DNA of 64,000 bases, from assembly GCA_030426085.1 (NCBI GenBank), contig JAUHYW010000012.1, forward strand, positions 2,425-66,424, given 5' to 3'. The stretch's first letter is position 1, and every line of letters begins with the position of its first letter. Under the pieces are notes generated by a model. It saw nothing but the letters and a program-made list of their open reading frames with translations. It did no database searches and had not been told where the DNA came from. This document shows positions 27,489 to 37,448 of this stretch, piece after piece. The stretch is from a bacterium. Lineage in GTDB: Bacteria > Myxococcota_A > Bradymonadia > UBA7976 > UBA1532. The position numbers and the translations under genes were made by a program.

Positions 27489-29764
27489 GATCGATGGGCA
27501 TGGCATGGCTCGGCGCGGCGCTGCTCGCGCTGCTGGTCGGCTGTCAGCCGGCGCCGGGCGATACGTCGGCAGACGGTGGGCCCGGCGGCGACGGCGGCAG
27601 CGGCGGTGTCGGCGGGTCGGGCGGCAGCGGCGGCGCGGGCGGCGTCGGTGGATCGGGCGGGGTCGGCGGCAGCGGAGGCGCGGGCGGGGTCGGCGGCAGC
27701 GGGGGCGCGGGCGGGTCGGGCGAGCTCGACGGCGCGGCCCTGTACGCCCGGCACTGCGCCCGGTGCCACGGCCCGGCCCGCCTGGGCGGCGTCGGCCCGG
27801 CGCTGGACGCGCTCGACGGCTTCGACCACCCGGCGCTGGTCACCCGCATCGCCGAGACGATGCCCCCCGGCGACGAGATGGCCTGCGCCGGCGGCTGCGC
27901 CGAGGCGGTGGCCGACTGGCTCATCGCGCAGGCGGCGCCCCCCGAGCCGGTGGACTGCGCCGCGGCGGCGCCCGATCTGCCGCCCCGCCGCCTGCGGCTG
28001 CTGACCCGCCGAGAGTACGACGCCGCGGTGACCGATCTGCTGTGGCCCGGCGCGGCCGACGGGGCGGTGTGCGGCGAGGTGACCTTCGAGTTCCCGGCCG
28101 ACGGCGAGCCGGGGGCCCGCACGGTGCACGTGGCCGGCACCTTCAACGACTGGGCCCCGACGCTGGCCGAGGGCGGGCTGGCGATGGACCGCGGCGCCGA
28201 CGGGATCTGGCGGCTGACGGCCCGGGTCGGCGAGGGCACCCACCGCTACAAGTTCGTGGTCGACGAGGCCCGCTGGTACCCCGACCCGGGCAACGACTGG
28301 CGGGAGAACGACGGCTTCGGCGGCCAGAACTCGGTGATCGAGCTGCGCTGCGACGGGGCCGGCGGGCCCGGCGGGCGGCCCTCCCGCGACCTGCCGCCCG
28401 AGACCCGCCCCGCCGAGTTCGCGTTCGACAACCACGCCGCCTCGGCCCAGGTGACCACGGTGCACCTCGAGGCGTACCTCGAGGCGGCCGAGGGGCTGGC
28501 CGACGACGCGCTGGACGCCCTGCCCTGTCGGGACTGCGCCGATCGGCTGGTCGATACGCTGGCCCCCCGGGCCTTCCGCCGGCCGCTGACCGCCGACGAG
28601 CGGGCCCGCTACCGGGCGCTCTTCGACGGGGTCGAGTGGGACGTCGGCGCCCGGCGCTTCCTGATCGCGGTGCTGGGCTCGCCGCACTTCCTGTATCGCA
28701 GCGAGCTGGGCGCGCCGGCCGGGGACGGCACCTGGCGCCTCACCGGGGCCGAGGCGGCGACCGCGCTGGCGTTCTTCGTGTGGGGCACGCTGCCCGACGC
28801 CGCGCTGGTGCAGGCCGCCGCGGCCGGCGAGTTGGACGACGCCGACGGCCTCGAGCGCCACGCCCGACGGCTGCTGGCCGACGACCGGGCCCGGGCCGTG
28901 GTGGGCAGCTTCGCCGAGCAGTGGCTGGGCATCGAGCCCTTGCCCGAGGCGGTGCGGGTCGACCCGGCGCTCGACGGCAACCTGCGGGGCGCGATGCTGG
29001 CCTCGACCCGGCGCTTCGTCTCGTCGGTGGTCTTCGACGGGCCCCACGACTTCGCCAGCCTGCTCACCGCCGATCACACGTTCGTCAACGCCGCGCTCGC
29101 GGCCCACTACGGCATCGACGGCGTCGACGGCGCCGCGCTGCGCCGGGTCGAGGCTCCGCCCGAGCGGCGGGGGGGCGTCCTGGGGCACGGCAGCGTGCTG
29201 GCGGTCCAGGCCCACGCCGACCAGTCGTCCCCCATCCGGCGGGGGCTCTTCGTGCGGCGCACGCTCTTGTGCCAGGAGCTGCCCCCGGCCCCGCCCAACG
29301 CGGGCGGGGTGCCCGACGTCGACCCCCAGGCGACGACCCGGGCGCGGTTCCGGCAGCACACCGACGACCCGTTCTGTCATAGCTGCCACCGCTACATCGA
29401 CGACGTGGGCTTCGGCTTCGAGCACTTCGACGCCGTCGGCCGCTGGCGGGCGACCGAGAACGGCCACCCGATCGACGCGCTGGGCGACATGAACGACGTC
29501 GAGGGGCTGGGCAGCGGCACCGCGGCGCCCTACGAGGGCCTCGACGCGCTGGGCGACATCCTCGCCGACAGCGCCGCGGCCCGGCTGTGCTTCGTGCGTC
29601 AGGTGCGCCGCTTCGCGCTGGGCGTGCTCGAGGGCGAGGCGGCGGCGTGCGACATCGAGCGGCTGGCGGACGACTGGGCCGCCACCGGAGACGACATCCG
29701 CGAGCTGATGGTGCTCGTCGTGCGCGATCCGGCGTTCACCCACCGCCGGGAGGAGGGCCCGTGA
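27485..29764 (+). CDS. DUF1592/DUF1588-family lipoprotein with N-terminal cytochrome c and an inserted CBM48-like domain
   Basis: LVGC lipobox, Gly-rich linker, CARCH...MPP, RLLTRREY, VHVAGTFNDW...YKFVVD...DGFGGQNS, AFRRPL, SPHFLYRSE, SSPIRRGLFV, CHSCH and GFEHFDAVG. Confidence 0.88.
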   Translation: MRSMGMAWLGAALLALLVGCQPAPGDTSADGGPGGDGGSGGVGGSGGSGGAGGVGGSGGVGGSGGAGGVGGSGGAGGSGELDGAALYARHCARCHGPARLGGVGPALDALDGFDHPALVTRIAETMPPGDEMACAGGCAEAVADWLIAQAAPPEPVDCAAAAPDLPPRRLRLLTRREYDAAVTDLLWPGAADGAVCGEVTFEFPADGEPGARTVHVAGTFNDWAPTLAEGGLAMDRGADGIWRLTARVGEGTHRYKFVVDEARWYPDPGNDWRENDGFGGQNSVIELRCDGAGGPGGRPSRDLPPETRPAEFAFDNHAASAQVTTVHLEAYLEAAEGLADDALDALPCRDCADRLVDTLAPRAFRRPLTADERARYRALFDGVEWDVGARRFLIAVLGSPHFLYRSELGAPAGDGTWRLTGAEAATALAFFVWGTLPDAALVQAAAAGELDDADGLERHARRLLADDRARAVVGSFAEQWLGIEPLPEAVRVDPALDGNLRGAMLASTRRFVSSVVFDGPHDFASLLTADHTFVNAALAAHYGIDGVDGAALRRVEAPPERRGGVLGHGSVLAVQAHADQSSPIRRGLFVRRTLLCQELPPAPPNAGGVPDVDPQATTRARFRQHTDDPFCHSCHRYIDDVGFGFEHFDAVGRWRATENGHPIDALGDMNDVEGLGSGTAAPYEGLDALGDILADSAAARLCFVRQVRRFALGVLEGEAAACDIERLADDWAATGDDIRELMVLVVRDPAFTHRREEGP
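27586..27722 (+). repeat. Gly/Ser-rich linker repeat (GGSGGAGGV)n
   Basis: Repeated GGCGG-rich codon units after the lipobox. Confidence 0.8.
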
Positions 29765-31158
29765 GCGACGTGAACCAGAAGACCCGCGGGCCGCGGATCT
29801 CCCGCCGCCGCTTCTTGCAGGCGGCCGCGGCCGGGGCGGCGCTGCCCGGCACGCTGGGGCTGCTGGGGGGCGAGGCCCGGGCCCAGGCCGGCGGGGCCCG
29901 GCGGTTCCTGGTGTTCTACTTCCCCGACGGGGTGCCCGGCGACAGCCAGGAGGGCGACCGCAGCCTGTGGCACATCCACGAGGGCGGCGAGGCCGACTTC
30001 GCCCTGCCCGACCTGCTCGCCCCGCTGGCGCCGTACCGCGATCGCTCGGTGTTCTTCCGGGGGCTGTCGATGGGCGACGCCGACAACGGCAGCCACCCCG
30101 GCGGGGCCCAGAAGCTGCTGACCGCGGTCGACCGGGGCAACGGGGAGAGCGTCGACCGGGTGCTCGCCCGCACCATCGGCGCCGAGGCGCCCCACCGCCA
30201 CGTCTACCTCGGGGTGCAGGCGGCGCCCGGCGGGGCCTCGGGCGACAAGGCGATCAGCTACGTGGCCCCGGGCAACACCGTCGCCGCCCAGGACGACCCG
30301 GTGCAGGCGTTCGGGCGGCTCTTCGGCGGCGGGCTGGCGGTCGAGCCGGGCGCGCCGCCGGTGGACGTGCGCCAGGCGACCCGGCGCAGCGTGCTCGACG
30401 TGATGCGGGCCGACCTCGAGAGCCTGCGGGGGCGGGTCGCCGGGCGGGCCCGCAGCCGGCTCGAGCTGCACCTCGACGCGGTGCGCGAGCTGGAGCTGCG
30501 GCTGGCCCCGATGGCCGACCCCGACCCGCCGCCGCAGATGGGCGACCGCTGCGCGCAGGTGCCGGCCCCGGTGGCGGCCATCGATCAGGGCGCGCTGTAC
30601 GACCCGGCGCGGTTCCCGGCCATCCTCGAGGCCCAGACCGAGGTGATGGTGCGGGCGATGGCCTGCGGGCTAACCCGGGTGGGCGTCATCCAGTGCAGCC
30701 ACCACACCACCGACCTGCTGATGAGCGCCTTCCCCGGCACGCCGATGGCCGCCGAGGGCATCTACATGCGCAGCCACGAGGCGTCGCACTACGGGGCCCG
30801 GCACGATCTCGGCGACCCCAAGTTCCGCTCGTTCGTGGCCCAGCGGCGGTGGTTCATCGAGCGCTACGCGGCCCTGCTCGGGCGGCTGGCCGAGATGCCC
30901 GAGGGCGACGGCACGATGCTCGATCACACGGTGGTGCTGTTGTGCACCGAGGTGTGCGACGGCAACACCCACCAGCACCACGACATGCCGTTCGTCGTCT
31001 CGGGCGGCGAGGCGGGCGGGGTGCGCACCGGGCGGCTGCTGCGCTTCGGGTTCCGGCGCCACGGCGACCTCTACGCCGGCCTGGGCCGCGCCCTGGGCGC
31101 CGACTTCGCCCGCTTCGGCGACGCCGGCGAAGGCCCCCTGCCCGGATTGGTGGCGTAA
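29761..31158 (+). CDS. DUF1552-family Tat-exported protein
   Basis: SRRRFL Tat motif; RFLVFYFPDG, LELHLDAVRELE, ACGLTRV, HEASH, EGDGTMLDHT and GNTH; GTGA overlap. Confidence 0.9.
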   Translation: MSDVNQKTRGPRISRRRFLQAAAAGAALPGTLGLLGGEARAQAGGARRFLVFYFPDGVPGDSQEGDRSLWHIHEGGEADFALPDLLAPLAPYRDRSVFFRGLSMGDADNGSHPGGAQKLLTAVDRGNGESVDRVLARTIGAEAPHRHVYLGVQAAPGGASGDKAISYVAPGNTVAAQDDPVQAFGRLFGGGLAVEPGAPPVDVRQATRRSVLDVMRADLESLRGRVAGRARSRLELHLDAVRELELRLAPMADPDPPPQMGDRCAQVPAPVAAIDQGALYDPARFPAILEAQTEVMVRAMACGLTRVGVIQCSHHTTDLLMSAFPGTPMAAEGIYMRSHEASHYGARHDLGDPKFRSFVAQRRWFIERYAALLGRLAEMPEGDGTMLDHTVVLLCTEVCDGNTHQHHDMPFVVSGGEAGGVRTGRLLRFGFRRHGDLYAGLGRALGADFARFGDAGEGPLPGLVA

Positions 31159-31189
31159 TCGGTCGTGATCGGGGCATGCTCTCAGGCAC

Positions 31190-34100
31190 ATGTCTGAGCA
31201 CGACACGGACATCCTCCGGGCGCTGCGGGGCGCGATCGACGCGCTGCCCGACGTGGTCTACTGCCTCGACGAGCACGGGGCGGTGCTGCACCTCGGGGCG
31301 GCCGCCGACCGGCTCTACGGCCAGCCGGTGCCCGAGCTGCTCGCCCGGGGCGGCGACTTCCGGCTGGCGCCCATCGACCCCGCCGACCGCCCCCGGGTCG
31401 AGGCCGCCTACCGCCGGCTCAAGGACGGTCGGCGCATCGAGCTGACCTACAACATCCGCCGGACCGACGGGGTCGTGGGCACCGTGCGGGAGCGGATCAG
31501 CCGCAAGGCCGGCCGCACGCAGGGCATCATCAGCGCGGTGCGGTCCGACAACCAACTCGCCCTGCCGCTGGTGGTGCGCGACGCGCTCGAGGGCAGCCCT
31601 CAGCTCTTCGCCATGTTCGACCTCGACGGCCGGGTGCGCTGGGCCAGCGGCGCGTTCGAAGCCGAGCTGGGGCTGCCCCGGGCGACGCTGATCGGATCAT
31701 CGAGCCTGGACGTCGTGCACCCCGAGGATCGGGCGGTCATCAGCGAGGCGTTCGCCGATCTCGACCGCGAGGGCGAGGTGGCGACCCGCTACATCGAGTG
31801 CCGGGTCGGGGCCGACGGCGACTGGCGGTGGGTCGCGTGGGTCGTGCTGCCCTGGCCCCAGCGGGGGCGGATCTACGCCGTGGGGATCGACATCCACGCC
31901 CAGCGCATGGCCGCCGCCGCGCTGGAGCGGGCCGAGGCCGCCCGGCTGGCGACCTACGATGGCTTGTGGGACGTCGACCTCATCACCGGCGAGATCCAGG
32001 GCAATGCCCGGCTGTACGGCATGCTGGGCTACGCCGAGGGCGAGATCGCGCTGCGCTACGACAACTGGCTCAACTTGGTGCACCCCGACGACCGGGAGCG
32101 GGTCGGCGCGGCGTTCGAAGAGCACCTGTGGGGCGACGCCCCGATGTATCACCTCGAGCACCGGCTGCTGCGCAAGGACGGCACCCCGCTGTGGGTGCTC
32201 GCCCGGGGTCAGGTGGTGCTGCGGGAGGGCGGCTTCACCCCGACCCGCATGGTCGGCTCGTACACCGACATCACCGAGCGCAAGCAGGTCGAGGGCGCGC
32301 TGTCCCGCAGCGAGGAGCGGGCCCGGTGCATCGTCGAGGCGGTCACCGTGCCGATGGTCATCACCCGCATGGCCGACGGCCGCGTGGTCTTCGCCAACGA
32401 CCACGCCCGGGCCCGATTCGGGGATCGGGTCGAGCAGCCGGGCGACTTCTACGCCGCCAGCCCCCAGCGGGCGGGCTTCGTCGAGGCGCTCGAGCGGGAC
32501 GGCCGGATCAGCGAGTACGAGGCGTGCTTCGCCGCCCCGGGGGGCGAGCAGGCGTGGCTGATCATCGCCGCCAGCCTCATCGAGTTCGACGGCGAGCCGG
32601 CGGCCCTGGCGACGTTCTCCGACATCACCGAGCGCCGCCGGGCCGAGGAGGCCATCCGCGACCGCAACCAGACCCTCCAGATCGTCCTGCGCACCACCAG
32701 CGATGGCATCTGGGACTGGGATCTGCGCACCGACGTGGTGCGGTACAGCGCCCGGTGGAAGGAGATGCTGGGCTACGCGCCCGACGAGCTGGCCGACACC
32801 GCCGAGACGTGGCGGGCCCTGATCCACCCCGAGGACCGCCCGGTCGCCGAGCAGCGGCTCACCGACCACCTGCAGCGGGGCATCCCCTTCGAGCACACCT
32901 CGCGCTACACCCACAAGGACGGCGCCCTGCGGTGGATCGTGGTGCGGGGGCACGCCCTGCGCGACGCGCACGGCCACCCGGTGCGCATGATGGGCAACCA
33001 CACCGACATCACCGAGCAGATGCGGGCCCGGGACGAGCGGCGGCGCATGCAGAGCCGGCTGCAGAACGCCCAGCGGCTCGAGAGCATGGGGGTGATGGCC
33101 AAGGGGGTGGCCCACGACTTCAACAATCTGCTGATGGCCATCCTCGGCAACGCCGAGCTGGGCATGCTCGACGCCCCCGGCGGCACCGAGCTGAGCCAGG
33201 CGCTCGACGAGATCTGCGCCGCCGCCCGCCAGGCGACCGACCTGTGCAACCAGCTCCTGGCCTACGCCGGCGAGGAGGACGTGACCCTCGCCCCGCTGGA
33301 CGTGGCGCGGGTGGTGCGCGACATGCGGCCGCTGCTCGAAGCCAGCATCACCCGCAAGGCCCACCTCGATCTGGACTGCGACCGCGAGCTGCCGGCGGTG
33401 CGGGGTGATGCGGCGCGGCTGCGGCAGGTGGTGGCCAACGTGGTGCTCAACGCCAGCGACGCGCTCGGCGGCCTGCCGGGCACCATCCGGGTCAGCACCG
33501 GCATGACCGACCTGAGCCTCGAAGGCCGGGACGACGGGCGGGACGACAGCCGCATCCTCGTCGACCCGCTGCCGGCAGAGCTGTACGTCTACGTCGAGAT
33601 CGAAGACGACGGAGCGGGCATCCCGCCCGAGCTGCGCAGCCGCATCTTCGACCCGTTCTTCACCACCCGCGAGGGCGCCGGGCGGGGCCTGGGGCTGGGG
33701 TCGGCGCTGGGCATCATGCGCAGCCACGGGGGCACCATCGAGGTCGAGAGCGCCGTCGGCGAGGGCTCGATCTTCCGGCTGCTGCTCCCCATCGTGCGCC
33801 AGTCCACCCCCTCGTTCCGCCCGGCCAACAGCCCGCCGCCGGGCCCGATCGACCCCGAGTTCAGCGGCGAGGGGCTGGTGCTCTTCGTCGACGACCGCTC
33901 CGCGCTGCGGGGGGTGGCGCTCAAGTGGCTCGAGTCGGCCGGCTTCGAGGTCGCGCTGGCCGAGGACGGCCGGGAGGCGGTGCAGCTCTTCGAGTCGGTC
34001 GCCGACCGGGCCCGGGCGGTGGTGCTCGACCTGACGATGCCCGAGCTGGACGGGCCCGAGGTGCTCGGCATCCTGCGCGCCCGCCGGCCCCAGATCCCGG

Positions 34101-34255
34101 CCCTGTTGATGAGCGGCTTCGGCCGCCCCGGCACGATGGACGCGCTGGCCACCGACGGGCCGGTGGAGTTCCTCGCCAAGCCGTTCGACCGGGCGCAGCT
34201 GCTGGGGGCCCTCGAACGCCTGCTCGAGGCCGGGGACATCGAGCAGACCCTGTGA
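31190..34255 (+). CDS. Multi-PAS hybrid sensor histidine kinase with receiver domain
   Basis: Several PAS/PAC repeats (VHPEDR, DITERK), VAHDFNNLL, NVVLNA, FDPFFTT, GLGL; receiver with LDLTMP and KPF. Confidence 0.95.
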   Translation: MSEHDTDILRALRGAIDALPDVVYCLDEHGAVLHLGAAADRLYGQPVPELLARGGDFRLAPIDPADRPRVEAAYRRLKDGRRIELTYNIRRTDGVVGTVRERISRKAGRTQGIISAVRSDNQLALPLVVRDALEGSPQLFAMFDLDGRVRWASGAFEAELGLPRATLIGSSSLDVVHPEDRAVISEAFADLDREGEVATRYIECRVGADGDWRWVAWVVLPWPQRGRIYAVGIDIHAQRMAAAALERAEAARLATYDGLWDVDLITGEIQGNARLYGMLGYAEGEIALRYDNWLNLVHPDDRERVGAAFEEHLWGDAPMYHLEHRLLRKDGTPLWVLARGQVVLREGGFTPTRMVGSYTDITERKQVEGALSRSEERARCIVEAVTVPMVITRMADGRVVFANDHARARFGDRVEQPGDFYAASPQRAGFVEALERDGRISEYEACFAAPGGEQAWLIIAASLIEFDGEPAALATFSDITERRRAEEAIRDRNQTLQIVLRTTSDGIWDWDLRTDVVRYSARWKEMLGYAPDELADTAETWRALIHPEDRPVAEQRLTDHLQRGIPFEHTSRYTHKDGALRWIVVRGHALRDAHGHPVRMMGNHTDITEQMRARDERRRMQSRLQNAQRLESMGVMAKGVAHDFNNLLMAILGNAELGMLDAPGGTELSQALDEICAAARQATDLCNQLLAYAGEEDVTLAPLDVARVVRDMRPLLEASITRKAHLDLDCDRELPAVRGDAARLRQVVANVVLNASDALGGLPGTIRVSTGMTDLSLEGRDDGRDDSRILVDPLPAELYVYVEIEDDGAGIPPELRSRIFDPFFTTREGAGRGLGLGSALGIMRSHGGTIEVESAVGEGSIFRLLLPIVRQSTPSFRPANSPPPGPIDPEFSGEGLVLFVDDRSALRGVALKWLESAGFEVALAEDGREAVQLFESVADRARAVVLDLTMPELDGPEVLGILRARRPQIPALLMSGFGRPGTMDALATDGPVEFLAKPFDRAQLLGALERLLEAGDIEQTL

Positions 34256-34578
34256 GCCGCCCCCGGCGCGCCGTCCACCCCGACCGGAGCCGGGCGCCAC
34301 GTCCGACGGAGCCATCGAGCGCCTGATCACCGCCCGGGCCCGCGACCTGGGCGGGAAGGTGCCGGGGGGCGAGGCGGACGTCATCCCGCTGCCCGCCGGG
34401 ATGGGGCCCTGAGCGAACCGTCATGCGCCTGACGGCTCACGCCCGACATGCGCCCGATGAGGCCGGATCCTCGTCAGGCGGCTGACGGTTTCCCGGCGCC
34501 CCCTCACCCCGGTCACCGCGGATTCGACGGCCGCGCGGCGCTGCACTATCCTGACCGGCGGCATCATCGAGGGACCCC

Positions 34579-36315
34579 ATGACCGCATCGCTGCGCTGTC
34601 CGGCATGCCAGACCGCGGTCGCGACGACCGCCCGGTTCTGCTCGAGTTGCGGCGCCCGCCAGCCGATGGACGCCGCCACCGCCCCCGGCGCGGCCCCCGA
34701 GCCGGACATGCCCCGCACCCCGTCCCGCTTCCTGCCCCCGGGGCTGGTGCTGGCCGACACCTACACGATCGAGGACGTCGTCGGCGAGGGCGGCATGGGC
34801 GTGGTCTACCGGGCCCGCGACCGGGCCCTCGAGCGGGTCGTCGCGCTCAAGTCGCTGCACCTCAACCTGCTCGGCGACGCCGAGGTCCGCCGCCGCTTCG
34901 TGCGCGAGGCCCGGGTGATGACCCGCTGGAGCCACCCCCACATCGCCGCGGTCTACGACTTCGTCGAGTCGGCCCACGTCCTGGCGCTGGTGATGGAGTA
35001 CATCGAGGGCGAGACGCTGCTCTATCACATCGAGCGCTGGCGGGGCGGCATGCCCCCGGGCGAGCTGCTGCCGCTGATGCTGCCGGTGCTCGACGCGATG
35101 GCCTGCGCCCACGCCGAGGGGGTCGTGCACCGCGACCTCAAGCCGGAGAACATCATCGTCGAGCGCCGCGGCGGGCGGCCGTGGCCCAAGGTCGTCGACT
35201 TCGGCATCGCCAAGATCCTCGAAGGCACCGCCTACACCGTCAGCGGCGCGCTGTTGGGCACCTGGCGCTACATCTCGCCCGAGCAGGCCCGCTCGCCGCA
35301 CCTGGTCGACCACCGGGCCGACATCTACAGCCTGGGCGTGACGTTGTATCACCTGATCGAAGGCCGGCTGCCGTTCGAGCACGACAACCCCTACGCGATG
35401 CTGATGGACCACGTCGGCACCCCGCCCCCGCCGCTGAGACGGACCGACGTGCCCCCGGCGCTGGGCCGGCTGGTGCTCGACTGCATGGCCAAGGATCCCG
35501 CCGCCCGGCCGCCGAGCTGCGAGGCGCTCGCCGAGCGGCTGCGGGACGCGCTGAGCGACGGGGCGTTCCCGATCGACGGCGGCGACGTCTCGGACGGGGT
35601 CGCGCCGACCCTGAGCATCGAGCCGGTGCGCCCCCGGGGCGACGACGGCGCGGCGCTGGTCGCGGTGCCGGCGGGCGAGTTCCTCATGGGCCGCGATCGG
35701 CGCCCGGTGTGGCTGGACGCGTTCTCCATCGACCGCACCCCGGTGACCAACCGCCGCTTCGCCCGCTTCGTCGAGGCCACCGGCTACCGCCCCGAAGACC
35801 GGCGGGGCTTCCTGCGCCACTGGCGGGGCGGGGTCTGTCCGAAGGCGCTGCTCGACCACCCGGTGGTGCACGTCTCGTGGCACGACGCCCGGGCCTACGC
35901 GGCCTGGGTCGGCCGGCGGCTGCCCACCGAGGCGCAGTGGGAGAAGGCCGCCCGGGGCAGCGACGGCCGCAGATACCCCTGGGGCCGCAACTCGCCGACC
36001 GCGGCCCACGCGCGGTTCGGCGGGCGGCGCTCGGGCACCGCCCCGGTGGGAGACCACCCGGCGGGGGCCTCGCCCTGCGGCGCGCTGGATATGGCGGGCA
36101 ACGTCTGGGAGTGGTGCCTCGACGTCGACGACCCCGACTTCTACCGCACCGGCCCGCCGCGCAACCCCTACCGCACCGGCCCCCCGAGCCGCGAGGCCTC
36201 GGTGGTGCGCGGGGGGAACTGGGCCTTCGGCGCCCGGGCGCTGCTCACCTGGGCCCGGCGGGGCTTCCCGCCCGACACCCGGCTCGACGGGGTCGGCTTC
36301 CGCTGCGTGGGGTGA
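34579..36315 (+). CDS. Zn-ribbon + Ser/Thr kinase + FGE/SUMF1-like domain protein
   Basis: CPAC..FCSSCG; GEGGMGVVY, HRDLKPEN and DFG; PVVHVSW, RLPTEAQWEKAARG, DMAGNVWEW and GFRC. Confidence 0.92.
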   Translation: MTASLRCPACQTAVATTARFCSSCGARQPMDAATAPGAAPEPDMPRTPSRFLPPGLVLADTYTIEDVVGEGGMGVVYRARDRALERVVALKSLHLNLLGDAEVRRRFVREARVMTRWSHPHIAAVYDFVESAHVLALVMEYIEGETLLYHIERWRGGMPPGELLPLMLPVLDAMACAHAEGVVHRDLKPENIIVERRGGRPWPKVVDFGIAKILEGTAYTVSGALLGTWRYISPEQARSPHLVDHRADIYSLGVTLYHLIEGRLPFEHDNPYAMLMDHVGTPPPPLRRTDVPPALGRLVLDCMAKDPAARPPSCEALAERLRDALSDGAFPIDGGDVSDGVAPTLSIEPVRPRGDDGAALVAVPAGEFLMGRDRRPVWLDAFSIDRTPVTNRRFARFVEATGYRPEDRRGFLRHWRGGVCPKALLDHPVVHVSWHDARAYAAWVGRRLPTEAQWEKAARGSDGRRYPWGRNSPTAAHARFGGRRSGTAPVGDHPAGASPCGALDMAGNVWEWCLDVDDPDFYRTGPPRNPYRTGPPSREASVVRGGNWAFGARALLTWARRGFPPDTRLDGVGFRCVG

Positions 36316-36336
36316 GGGTCCGGGCGCTGCGGTCCG

Positions 36337-37143
36337 CTACCGGCCGTAGCTCGACAGGAACGCCCGCAGCGGCGGGATCACCTCGTCCGCCCGGGACAGC
36401 GCCGCGCTGTGGTGTCCGCCCTCGATGCGCACCAGCCCCCGGGCCCCGGGCAGGTGCTTCGCCAGGAAGGCGCCGTCCTCGAAGGGGATGCCGGCGTCGG
36501 CGGTGCCGTGCACGACGAGCGCCGGGGCCTCGATCTCACCCAGCCGGTCGGCGACGTCGTCCCGCTCGATCATCGCGTCGATGCCCGCCGCGATCGCCTT
36601 GGGATCGTAGCCCCGCCACCGGGGCAGCCAGTCCTTCCACAGCGCGCCCACCTCGGCCTCGGGCCCCAGGATGCCATTGGCGTTGCCGTGCACGATGGGA
36701 TCGACCGCCCCGTGCTCGCGCCACGTATCGCGCACCTGGCGATACACCGCGTGGATCTCGGGCGCGTCGACCGCCGCCCGGGTGCTCATCAGCACCAGCG
36801 CCCGCACCCGCGCGGGGAAGAGCAGCGCGAAGCGCAGCGCCATGTAGCCCCCGCGGGACATGCCGCCGATGACCGCCCGCTCGAGGCCCAGGTGATCCAG
36901 CAGGCCGGCGCAGTCCCGGGCGGCGTCGTAGAAGTCGAAGGGCCGCCCGTCCCACGGGGTCTGCCCGAAGCCCCGGGTGTCGTAGCGGATCACCCGGAAG
37001 TCCCGCCGCAGGGCGTCGGCGATGGGGTCGAACATCCGGTGGTCCATCAGGAAGCCGTGCACCAGCACCACCGGCGGGCGCTTCCCGTCGGGATCACTGT
37101 CGACGTAGTACACGCGTTGTCCGTTGGCATCGGCGAAAGGCAT
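36337..37143 (-). CDS. Alpha/beta fold hydrolase
   Basis: LVHGF, YDTRGFG, GMSRGG, HGTAD and GGHH; ATG at 37143. Confidence 0.9.
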   Translation of the reverse strand: MPFADANGQRVYYVDSDPDGKRPPVVLVHGFLMDHRMFDPIADALRRDFRVIRYDTRGFGQTPWDGRPFDFYDAARDCAGLLDHLGLERAVIGGMSRGGYMALRFALLFPARVRALVLMSTRAAVDAPEIHAVYRQVRDTWREHGAVDPIVHGNANGILGPEAEVGALWKDWLPRWRGYDPKAIAAGIDAMIERDDVADRLGEIEAPALVVHGTADAGIPFEDGAFLAKHLPGARGLVRIEGGHHSAALSRADEVIPPLRAFLSSYGR

Positions 37144-37240
37144 CGGCGGACTCCGTCCGAAGGTGGGCTGGGATAGGATGAACCCGAGCGGTGGCGGGTC
37201 GCGGCGCGGAGGGGAGAGGCGGGAGAGAGAGGCCGTTTTG

Positions 37241-37273
37241 GGGAGCCGGGCGTCTCTGCGCCGCCCGGCTCCC
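37241..37273. repeat. Perfect 12-bp-stem inverted repeat in a divergent intergenic region
   Basis: GGGAGCCGGGCG-N9-CGCCCGGCTCCC; no U-tract follows on either strand. Confidence 0.7.
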
Positions 37274-37448
37274 AGCGATCGTGGAATCGCCGCCCGAAGC
37301 GTAACAACATACACCAGCGCCTGCAAACAAAGCGTTTTATTTGTATCCAAAGCAGAGGGGTTCGTGCCGCTCCGCCGGCCCGGGCGATACGCCGCGGGCG
37401 GACACACCCACCTGATTTCCCGGTCGGGATCGCCTACCATCGGCGGCG

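Noticed and set aside
35640..36315. Diversity-generating retroelement target (FGE/CLec-fold C-terminus)
   Set aside because: No reverse transcriptase and no adenine-variant template repeat were seen in the window.
37241..37273. Rho-independent terminator
   Set aside because: No downstream U-tract on either strand, and it lies between divergent gene starts.
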